From Octopus bimaculoides (taxonomy: Eukaryota): a stretch of DNA of 63,892 nt. Under the pieces are notes generated by a model. The model saw only the letters and a program-made list of their open reading frames with translations, was not told the origin of the DNA and searched no databases. Every line of letters begins with the position of its first letter. Position 1 is the stretch's first letter. The translations under genes and the position numbers were made by a program. This document shows positions 1 through 11,323 of the stretch, piece by piece. The DNA lies in contig NC_068989.1 in NCBI RefSeq assembly GCF_001194135.2, forward strand, positions 81,881,481 through 81,945,372, written 5' to 3'.

Positions 1-2564
1 TGAGGTTCAATTTTTCTGCTTTCTGTTAATAAATTGGAATCAAATTCAGAAATAGTGATGAAACATTTAAGCAGCTCTACTTAACTATATATCAGAAGTC
101 AAAACTAGAAGGTTATGACGATTTACTAACATCATGCAGTTTGTCATCTACTAAAGGCTTGGTGACTATATTCTTGCACTGTGATAGAGTGGAAGTTGTC
201 TGAGAGTGAAGGAGAACTCATACATGAATGCATATAAATATATGTGATTGCTAACCTGGAAAAAAGGCCATTTTTCACTGTGGTTTGCCATAGAGAAAAT
301 TCTTGCTTTAGGTATAGGTGTCGAAACAACATCAGTCATCTCAGAGTCTCCTGGTTGACCAATAAATGCATTTGTAACTATTTGGTTATTCTCAGTATCA
401 ACTACTTCACAAGAGACAACTTTGGAAGCTATAGCTTTGTTTATAGAAAATCAGTGAAAGCTATTTGTTGATTCAAGTGATGACCTGCCAGGCTAGAATA
501 AATTATATATTATGCATGCTAAGTAGTGTTGTAAACTAAAAAATCTTTTAAATCAGTTCAGATATGATGGTGTTCTGAGACCTATTGCCTGAAATAAGAA
601 TTTTCTCCATGGCAGATCACAGTGAAAAATGGCCTCTTTACAGGTCAAATATGTCGCAAACATACTTGAACTGATTTATAAGTTTATTTAGTTCACAATA
701 CTGCTTAGCATGCATAATATATAACAAAACAGGAAAAGATGCAGCAACACTCTATACACTTTTCTATGAACACACATAAACAATTAGCACTTCTCCAAAT
801 TAAATAAAAATTCTCCATACCATTTTGCTACCATTCAACAGAATTCAAATTACCAGAGGAAATTTTAACTTAACAGTGACTATATAAAGTTCGACTGGGG
901 TCTGGGAAGCCAGGAGGCTGCACCAGGCCCCAATCTGATCTGGCAGTGGTTTCTACAGCTGGGATGACCTTCCTAATGTCAACCACTTCGAGAGTGTAGT
1001 GGGTGCTATTTACATGCCACCAGCACAGGGACCAGAGGAGCTGGCATCAACCACGATCAGATGGTGCTTTTTACATGCCACCAGCACTCAAGCCAGTCAA
1101 AGCGGCACTGGTACGAAAAGGAAAATTAACTGCAGTATTTATCCTGAGGTAATATTTTTATTATGGATGCATAGTNNNNNNNNNNNNNNNNNNNNNNNNN
1201 NNNNNNNNNNNNNNNNNNNNNNNNNNNNNNNNNNNNNNNNNNNNNNNNNNNNNNNNNNNNNNNNNNNNNNNNNNNNNNNNNNNNNNNNNNNNNNNNNNNN
1301 NNNNNNNNNNNNNNNNNNNNNNNNNNNNNNNNNNNNNNNNNNNNNNNNNNNNNNNNNNNNNNNNNNNNNNNNNNNNNNNNNNNNNNNNNNNNNNNNNNNN
1401 NNNNNNNNNNNNNNNNNNNNNNNNNNNNNNNNNNNNNNNNNNNNNNNNNNNNNNNNNNNNNNNNNNNNNNNNNNNNNNNNNNNNNNNNNNNNNNNNNNNN
1501 NNNNNNNNNNNNNNNNNNNNNNNNNNNNNNNNNNNNNNNNNNNNNNNNNNNNNNNNNNNNNNNNNNNNNNNNNNNNNNNNNNNNNNNNNNNNNNNNNNNN
1601 NNNNNNNNNNNNNNNNNNNNNNNNNNNNNNNNNNNNNNNNNNNNNNNNNNNNNNNNNNNNNNNNNNNNNNNNNNNNNNNNNNNNNNNNNNNNNNNNNNNN
1701 NNNNNNNNNNNNNNNNNNNNNNNNNNNNNNNNNNNNNNNNNNNNNNNNNNNNNNNNNNNNNNNNNNNNNNNNNNNNNNNNNNNNNNNNNNNNNNNNNNNN
1801 NNNNNNNNNNNNNNNNNNNNNNNNNNNNNNNNNNNNNNNNNNNNNNNNNNNNNNNNNNNNNNNNNNNNNNNNNNNNNNNNNNNNNNNNNNNNNNNNNNNN
1901 NNNNNNNNNNNNNNNNNNNNNNNNNNNNNNNNNNNNNNNNNNNNNNNNNNNNNNNNNNNNNNNNNNNNNNNNNNNNNNNNNNNNNNNNNNNNNNCTTATC
2001 TCCCCCTTGTAAACATAAGGACACAGGAAATGTATCAAGGCCGACAGGAAGCGGTGCAGCTTCCTAGGTCTAACCAACGGTAGTATTATTCCCTTCAGGG
2101 GACTGTCACATTAAGTTGACAGCATACAACTACTTCATCATATCACTACTGCATAAATCTCTCTGAGAGATTTAGAAATATATTATTTCTAAAAATGGGT
2201 TAGACAGTTTGATTGGAGCTGGTAAGCCGAAGAGCTGCACTAGGTACCAGTCTGCTTTGGCTTGGTTTCTGTGGCTTCCTAATGCCAACCACTTTACAGA
2301 GCATAAAGAGTGCTTTTATGTGTCGCTGGCATGGGTGCCTCTTATGCATCACCAGAATGGGTGCCTTTTATGTGTCACTGACATATATGGACAATGAGGG
2401 TGATGGAATGGACTCTGAAACAATGGACAAGTTAAAGAGGCTGACCAAAGACAAGATGATTTCACCTGCTACCTGGAACCTCTATGGCTTTAACTGGTCA
2501 GACAGAGGTGGAAGGCATCCAGGGGGATGTTTCTCCTTCAGGAGTGATGAAGCACTGGATATTG

Positions 2565-2882
2565 GATATATATATGTGTGTGTGTGTATATGTAAAAATG
2601 TATATATATGTATGTATATGTATATATATGTATGTGTATGCGTGTATATATATGTATGTATATGTATATATATGTATGTGTATGCGTGTATATATATGTA
2701 TGTGTAAGTATATATATATGTATGTATATATATTTGTATGTTTATATGTATATATATATATGTGTATATATGTGTATGTATGTATGTGTGTATATATACA
2801 TATATATATATGTGTGTGTGTGTGTGTATGTATATATATATGTATGTATTTGTACATACGTACAAATGTGCACACATACATG
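2565..2882. repeat. Compound (TA/TG)n microsatellite
   Basis: Direct observation; many similar tracts across the window. Confidence 0.95.
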
Positions 2883-2897
2883 TGAAATATTTCTTAC

Positions 2898-3021
2898 CGA
2901 GACTTTAGGATCTAACATTGCTTGGCACCACTTGACAGCTTCCATAGAACAAGATCGGATTGTTTCTGTACGCCCATGCCAAAATACACGGATTGTTGCA
3001 GTTTCATATGTCGGAGCCGGC
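2898..3021 (-). CDS. CROT: CROT coding exon 11 (PAPTYETATIR...DPKVS)
   Basis: cttcag acceptor, gtaaga donor, 124 bp, phase 2 to 0; YETA and GRTETIRS carnitine-binding motifs. Confidence 0.93.
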
Positions 3022-3495
3022 CTGAAGTAAAAGCATTAAATGGCAATTATTTCTAATCTGTGAAGTCTAAATTGTAATCATTAAGATCCTAGATCAATAG
3101 TTGTTATTCTAGAAGTTTAACTCTTTAGCATTCAAACCAGCCATATTTGGCCAAAATATTCTACTGTTTTATATTGAGACTGGCCAGGTCCAGCCTCTCA
3201 CACACGCTCTACAATGCCATTCTAAAACTAAGCATTTACATCTCTAAACTACAAGATAATGCATAATTAATTTTATACTATTTTTTAATTCTTTTATTTG
3301 TTTCAGTTATTTGACTGCAGCCATGCTGGAGCACTGCCTTTAGTCGAACAAATCAACCCCAGGACTTATATTTTGTAAAGCTAGTACTTATTCTATCGGA
3401 CCCTTTTTGCCAAACCACTAAGTTACGGGAACATAAAACACACCAACATCAGTTGTCAAGTGATGGTGGGGGGACAAACACAGACACATAAACAT

Positions 3496-3555
<60 letters not shown>

Positions 3556-5256
3556 GGCGGGCTTCTTTCAGTTTCCATCTACCAAATCCACTCACAAGGT
3601 TTTGGTCGGCCCAAGGATATAGTAGAAGACACTTGCCCAAGGTGCCATGCAGTGGGACTGAACCCGGAACCATGTGGTTGGTAAGCAAGCTACTTACCGC
3701 ACAGCCCCTCCTATGCCTGTATAAACAAACATTACATTTGGCAGCATAATCTGAATACTAAAGGGTTAATAGTTATACTCACTTGCCATTCAGACGGTAG
3801 TAGACATATTGCAATGCAAGTTGGACATGTGTATCTGGATGAAGATTAAAACTTCGCAGGAAAGTACGGCCATATTTATCATACCACAAAATGTTACATT
3901 TTACTGTCTTGGCCTGAAAATGACATAAAACTGTTACAGAGAAAATGTAGCAAGTAGAGGCAGGCTGGTTGACTGAGACACTAATAAATTAATGGTTGAG
4001 CCATTCCATTGTCTCTTTAGTCTGGCTTCAGTCAACAAGCTACAGAGGGATGACCAGCTTCCAACCAGAATTCTCCTTTTATATAAAACCTTCATTGCTG
4101 TTTCCTATAGATTATGGCTCTCAACACCACCCTATGAGATAACCTCTAAAATTTTAAACCTGATAGACAAGTTCTATAAAAAGAGACTTCAACATATATA
4201 TATATCATATAATATATATATATCATCATCGTTTAATGTCTGCTTTCCATTCTAGTATGGGTGGGACAGTTTCACAAGAGCCAGTCAGGCAGAAGCCTGC
4301 ACCAGACTTCTGTGACTGTTTTGGCAGGATTTTTACAGCTAGATGCCCTTCCTAACACCAAACACTCAGCAGAGTGGACTTGGTGCTTTTTACATGGCAC
4401 AAGCACAGCCGAGGTCAGTTTTGGCAAGGCTTTTACAGCTGGATGCCCTTCTGAATACCAACCAATTTACAGTGTGGACTGGGTGCTTTTAAGTGGTACC
4501 TGCACTGACATGGTCACCAAGTACTTGCAAACCAAAAAACAAAAACTTTTAAGAGGGGAGGGGGCACTGGAGGAGGTGATCTTGTATTGCATGATGAAAG
4601 GCAAAAGTGAGACAGACATATAAACAGGTATCTTGCTGTGGAGGAAGTACAAGGTTACCTGGAGAGAGAAGGACAGAGATCAGGAATGAAGACAGAAACA
4701 GGTGTGCTACTGCAAAGGAAATACATGGTTACATAACGTGAGGGAAGTGCAGGAGAACGTGTGAGAGAGTGGGAAACAGCAGAATAGAGACGGTGGCAAA
4801 ATGCTTGGCATACTCACAAGGGACGGGGATCAGAATATAAATGGGATGGTTGAGTAAAGGAAGAGAGGGATATAGATGGTGGTAAGTGCCGAGGCATACC
4901 CTTGAGGCTCGAACGCCATAATATAAGTGGCAGGATATTGTGACGGTAGTGTGAATAAAGAGTGCAGAGGTGGGGGAGGGGTGGCGAAAACCTGGGTATA
5001 TATATATATATATTTCATTACAGAACAAATAATTTACGGGAAAATAATTTCCGAAGATATCATTGACTCTATAATTATCAAGTGTAACAATTTTAAAATG
5101 ATAATAATAGAATTGATAATATAGGCGATTACAGACCCCACCCACCAAAAAAGCATTAAATAGCTGAAGGATTAAAATTAATCGAAGGACATACTAAGTA
5201 TGTCTATCTGTTGGAAATAACAGTCAAATCTCTTATTTAAATCACCAAAATATATG

Positions 5257-5300
<44 letters not shown>

Positions 5301-6424
5301 CATACACACTTAGCTTTTCATCCTTTTGAGATTGATGAAATAAATACCAGCCAAGTGCTGGGGTTGATGTAATCGACTTCCTCCTTCCTACAAAGTTGCA
5401 GGTCCTGTACCAAAATTTGAAACCATTATTATTAAGGTGGTGAGCTGGCAGAATCGTTAGCATGGTTGATGAAATGCTTAGCAGTATTTTGCCTGTTGCT
5501 ATGTTTTGAGTTCAAATTCTGCTGTGATTGACTTTACCTTTCATCCTTTTGGGATCGATAAATTAAGTACCAGTGAAACACTGGGGTTGATGTAATTGAC
5601 TCATCCCCTGCTCAAAATTGCTGCCCTTGAGACAAAATTTAAAACCATTATTATTATCATTATTATTCTTATTATTATTATTTAGAGTAAACAACCTGAG
5701 TTTCATGAGCTGCGAATGCAGTAAGTCTTCCTTAAGATAAAATGAAAATCTAAACTTACAGTGTTCAAATATATTTTCCTTGCATCTTCAATTCCTTGAT
5801 AAATGCTTTCATTCAAGTGAAGTGTAATTTCTTTTGGCGGTTCCAAGTCTCGAACAGTCATGTTTCCCTGCAGTGATCAAGTTATATATCTTATAGAAAC
5901 AGCTGTTGGCAAATTATTGAGAGCAAAATGAAGTTAAACAAGAGATAATATGGAAGCTGGTCATTCCATCATAAATTAAACCTTGATTACAATAGTTTAT
6001 TCAGTGTTAATGAAATGTAATGAGCAGAGAAAAGTTAATTAAAATTTCTTTTGTAACAAGGAAAACGAATCATTGGTTTCATGACTAATTTCTTTTTTTG
6101 ATAAAGGTAACAACAACAATTCTAGAATTTATATTTAGATTAACCCAAAAAGCGCTTGGATTTGCATGGACTGTTGAGCACATTTTATGAAAATGAGACT
6201 ACCATGCACACATAAAAAACAAAAAATAGTTAAAATATCTTCTTAGTATATAATGGTGGCAAGTTTTATATCATCTGAAAAGTCATTGGGGGGTGGGGGG
6301 TGGCGGTATTGGAGTGTTTGAGTGACATTAGACTCCAACAAATGGTCATAAATTAAATGCATCTATCTGGGTTACGATTGTGGCCTGTCATGCTTTATGT
6401 GTTAAATATATTTANNNNNNNNNN

Positions 6425-6472
<48 letters not shown>

Positions 6473-9400
6473 TCTACACACATACACCCATGCACATATA
6501 TGTATATATATATACATATAAGTGTACACACACATTTATATACACATATATGTGTGTATATGTATGCACATAAATATATGCGTGCGTGTGTGTATTTCAA
6601 AGTATACAGTATTATATATCTATTACAAATGATCCTGCCAATTAGTTTCACACTGGATATAAAACCAGATTTTGGATAACAGCACATGAGGCAGAAATAA
6701 CATCAAAAGGACCACATGAGCAGCCAAAGATGTGAAAGTATGTGGGAGTGGCAGAAAGTCTCTTCAGGATTAGATTCAATACCCATAAGTTCTTCTTCAA
6801 TATCCTAAAGAGACAAAATGTCACTGCCCTGGCCAGGCACAAGTGGTCATTAAGGAAAGTGCAATGGAATACAGAATAAAGTGGAAAATCTTAGAGAAGT
6901 GCAAGGCTTAATGCAGATTAAGCTTAGCTGAGAAAGAAACCATATAAAAAAACTCTCAGGACCATGACATCTATTTAAACTGCAGAAGTGAGATCTTTAG
7001 CCCTTGCCCACATGAAAGAAAGTATATTTCATCATAGCTACAGGCTCCATTATGACTATAGTTACTAATTCTGCACCTTTAATATGAGCAGCTAATACAT
7101 TGACAGTCCATTACTGGGGACATTATTATTCCTTTTTACAATATTCCATTTACTGTGCTTTTATAGATAAAATATATAAGATATAATGAAAATTCAGTCA
7201 AGGAATCAACTTTGAAGCATGGTGCATCAGTAGTAGTGGTAGTAGATTTTGTGGTTTCATAATAGTTCAGGGCCCGACTGTGCTTCAATAGCCAAAATTT
7301 AACTTGGTTCCCATAACAACTTCTTCAGTAGCTATGGGCTTGTCTTGATCTCTGTCATGCCATAAAATGTAAAGATGAATGTCAGAAATGAGTAAAACTT
7401 ACTGTCCATTTTCCTTTTGACTCTTTGACGCGGCAGTCAACATAATATGTCATGTGGACGGTGGTCATCCCATCAGAGGGTGAGTGCTAACAGAATAAAA
7501 TGAAGAACAAGTCATTTATAAAGTGAAATGCTACATCATATATGAGAGGTTGTAGGGCAAATAGTTATTTTCTACGGGCAATAAATGAGAAGGAAATAAG
7601 AATTATTTGTTTAAATAGAGAAGTTGAAAACTTGAAGTATTCGAAAAGGAAAAGAATTTCTAAAGATAAAGGGGAGCACTATGAAATGGTGTATGTTATA
7701 ATATGGGAGGTGAGTGTCAAAATAAGGTTAACAATAATGAGGAAAAGGGATTAGGTGGCAAACCACCAATATTGTTAGCATGCTGGGCAAAATGCTTTGT
7801 GGTATTTTGTCTGTCTTTATGTTCTGAGTTCAAATTCANNNNNNNNNNNNNNNNNNNNNNNNNNNNNNNNNNNNNNNNNNNNNNNNNNNNNNNNNNNNNN
7901 NNNNNNNNNNNNNNNNNNNNNNNNNNNNNNNNNNNNNNNNNNNNNNNNNNNNNNNNNNNNNNNNNNNNNNNNNNNNNNNNNNNNNNNNNNNNNNNNNNNN
8001 NNNNNNNNNNNNNNNNNNNNNNNNNNNNNNNNNNNNNNNNNNNNNNNNNNNNNNNNNNNNNNNNNNNNNNNNNGGCAAAATGCTTTGTGGTATTTTGTCT
8101 GTCTTTATGTTCTGAGTTCAAATTCAACTAAGGTAAACTTTGCTTGTGCTCTAACTCAAGTGTTCTGAGGATCTGCATGTATACAACTATAGTGCCTCCT
8201 GTGTTGGTGGCATGTAAAAAGCACCATCCGAACGTGGCTGATGCCAGTTCCCCCAGGCTGGCTCCTGTGCTGGTGGCACGTAAAAAGCACTATCCAAATG
8301 TGATCAATGTAAGGATTGCTTGACTGGTTCCTGTGCTGGTGGCATGTAAAAAGCACCCACTACACTCTCAGAGTAGTTGGTGTTAGGAAGGGCATCCAGC
8401 TGTAGAAACATTACCAGATCAGATTGGAGTCTGGTGCAGCCACTAGCTTTCCAGACCTCTGTCAAACCGTCCGACCCATGCCAGCATGGAAAATGGACGT
8501 TAAACAACGATGATGATGAAAACCAAAATGGAAAACAAAATTACTTACATCAAGGTTAGAACCAAAAAGACCATTTTTGAAACTGATAAGGTTAATAGAT
8601 TTATCAAACCATCTGTTAGTTGGATCACCGGCAATGGCTTTTTGAAACAACTGGGAAAAAGGAAGAAAGAAATAATGATGTTAAATAACATGGACAAGAA
8701 AATATTAATATCTGGGCTACCACTGCCATCATTATATACAATCACCACTACCATCTTCATCATCTTCATCACATTCATAGAGTTACATTGCTTATATAAC
8801 ATCTTGCCAAGCACATAGAGTTTTTACATAATTCATTTTTCTTTCTCTTCCCTCCACACACACATTCTACATCCAATACCTCAGTCCCACCCCATGCACA
8901 TATCTCTTGCTCTCACACACACACACACACCACAACATATATACCATGCTATAACTGTGTATAATAATTCTCTAATGTTATCTAAGAGACACTAAATCTG
9001 TTCTGAAGATGAAAACAGTAAACATATCTTATTGACACTCACCAGTTATTATTGATGGATATGAATATCTATTTACAATTTTTATATTATACTCTTGATG
9101 CATATATATATATATATATTATTTCTTTATTGCCCACAAGGGGCTAAACATAGAGAGGACAAACAAGGACAGACAAAGAGATTAAGTCGATTACATTGAC
9201 CCCAGTACATAACATAACTGGTACTTAATTTATTGACCCCAAAAGGATGAAAGGCTAAGTCAACCTCGGTGGAATTTGAACTCAGAATGTAAAGACAGAC
9301 GAAATACCGCTAAGCATTTCGCCTGGCGTGCTAACGTTTCTGCCAGCTCGCCACCTTTATGTATATATTATACAACATGTATTTATTTATATACATGAGT

Positions 9401-11288
9401 ATATATAAATACATATGTATGTATTTGAAGAAATATAAGCTATGGACAATATATAAAGAAAAGGGAACATAAGTTCATTTCTGTTTATTTGTTACTTGCA
9501 TGCATGTGACCATGCATGCACACACTGACTAATAAGAAAAATTGTAGATGAAGGAATGATAACTGAACCTTTATTGATCATCTATTTGCTATATATTGCA
9601 TTCTTTCATTCATGTCCATTTCTCATCTCGCAATCACTCCCTCCTCAGTTCTTACTCTCCTATGCTTCTAGTGTAACTGGTGTAGACAGTGGATCTCCTC
9701 TGCTCATCATGCATTGCTTCCACTCAGTGTAACTAAGCATGTACCTATTCTGACTGTTTTCTTCCTACCACTCCTTTATACTGCTCATTAATACAGGACC
9801 CACCTGCTTTCCATTTGCCATGCGATCCCCTCCATTACTCAATCCCTTCAGCTCATCTCATCACTAAAGGATAAATGGCTACATTGAACCACTTCTGCTA
9901 GTTCACTCTAGCTTCATCCTCCACTTTACTGCTTGTCATCATCCTCTGTCACTGCCTGCTATCTTATTCCTATTCTTTTTTTCCTAGATATTCTGGTTCT
10001 CTGCCATCGACCGATTCCTTGGGTCACATAGACTTCTGTCACCTCTCTGACATCTCAGTCATGTCCCATATACACACACTTCCCTTAAAATACTGAGCAC
10101 TACCATCACTCCTGTCCCAATCACACATCCCTCTCATCAATATCATTTTTGCCTCTGTCACTCAGGTTTCCCACTCTGTAAAGAAACTGGCAAACAAGGA
10201 CAGATGTGGTTTTATGAGGTCCCTTTAGTGATGTTGTGATGATGGCTACCCCTCAAGTGCTGGCGTCATGAAAAAAAGCACAGCCAGTATGTAAGATTGT
10301 GAGGATGTTTCATTTTGTCAAGGTCATGACATCTCCCTATTGTTGGTGCTGTGAAAGAAAAGAGTCAATATATTCCGTAAAGTCAATGTTAGGAAGAGCA
10401 TCTGAAATAGAAACCAAACTAAAAATGAAATGCAGCCATGAGATGAAGTCACATCTAAAAATGAGGTGAAGTCAGCTGAACAGTCTAGATAAGTAGACCC
10501 AATCACTACACGTAAGTATGGAAAGCAGATGCAAAATAACGATGATACCATTCAGATATACATTGCACACAGATATATACACTATGCACCAAACTTCATA
10601 AAACAAAAAAGAATCATACCTCACTGGTGTCTTGAGGACAGTCTTCATCCAAAGAGACAGTCATTACACTCTTCTGAATCAATTCCAAGGTTTGGAAGTT
10701 TCCTGGATGGATTGCTAGTAATTCCTTGTAATACTGAAAATACAGAGAGTAGTAATAGAAATATATATATATATAAATATATAGTCAATCCAAACATGAA
10801 CAACGCGAGGATGTGGCATAAGTACAGTGTTATTGGATGCTCAGGAAAGGAGGATTTCACGGTTCAAGCAGAGCTCTTCATCAGAAATATAGAAAAAGTC
10901 CAAAGGGAAGATGGAGAAAGAAAATCGCCAACGATACACACGCGGAGCTTATTTTAGTATTTGCTTTGCAATACTCCTGAAGTGAAATTGTCTGTTAATC
11001 AGACATTATTGTATTAATGGCAGGTTATTTTACCAATTAAAACACATGTACTGCTTGTAATTTTACTGCCTTCTATTATTACCAGTCAACATATTAACTA
11101 ATTAGCTAATAAACTGCTCAATTAATTAATCAGTTGGGTAGTCAGAATCTGTTCATCATAACCTCTGATTTTATCAATGACACATGCTCATCCACTCTTC
11201 TGTTACTTTCATCAACTGATTTCTCTGTCCTTTGGTTGCAGCACTGAGACAGAGAGGATAAGGTACATGGGGTTGTTTACAGGGATAT

Positions 11289-11323
<35 letters not shown>

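Noticed and set aside
1176-1993. Apparent truncation of CROT after codon 475
   Set aside because: Not evidence of a pseudogene. All visible exons are intact; the remaining exons could lie in this gap or left of the window.
999-2077. Long ORFs of 250-340 aa in the ORF track (also ~7703-8168, 19051-19955, 21868-22785, 55554-56341)
   Set aside because: They are open only because they run through N gaps.
2213-3030. ORFs rich in YI/CV/HT repeats (also ~6380-6687, 42240-42608, 51945-52197, 61385-61807)
   Set aside because: Translations of (TA)n/(TG)n microsatellites; apart from embedded true exons they are not genes.
6700-6810. Exon-like minus-strand segment after tttag (DIEEELMGIESNPEETF...)
   Set aside because: No CROT similarity, the frame reaches a stop, and the flanking CROT exons already join in phase with no missing residues.
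7787-8125. Identical ~50-bp sequence on both sides of the 7839-8073 gap
   Set aside because: Same artefact pattern, inside a SINE B copy.
9000-9020. Other CTGAAGA/CTGATGA matches (for example 9003, 27887 and several in exons)
   Set aside because: No stem II followed by GAAA and no stem I/III pairing; chance matches.
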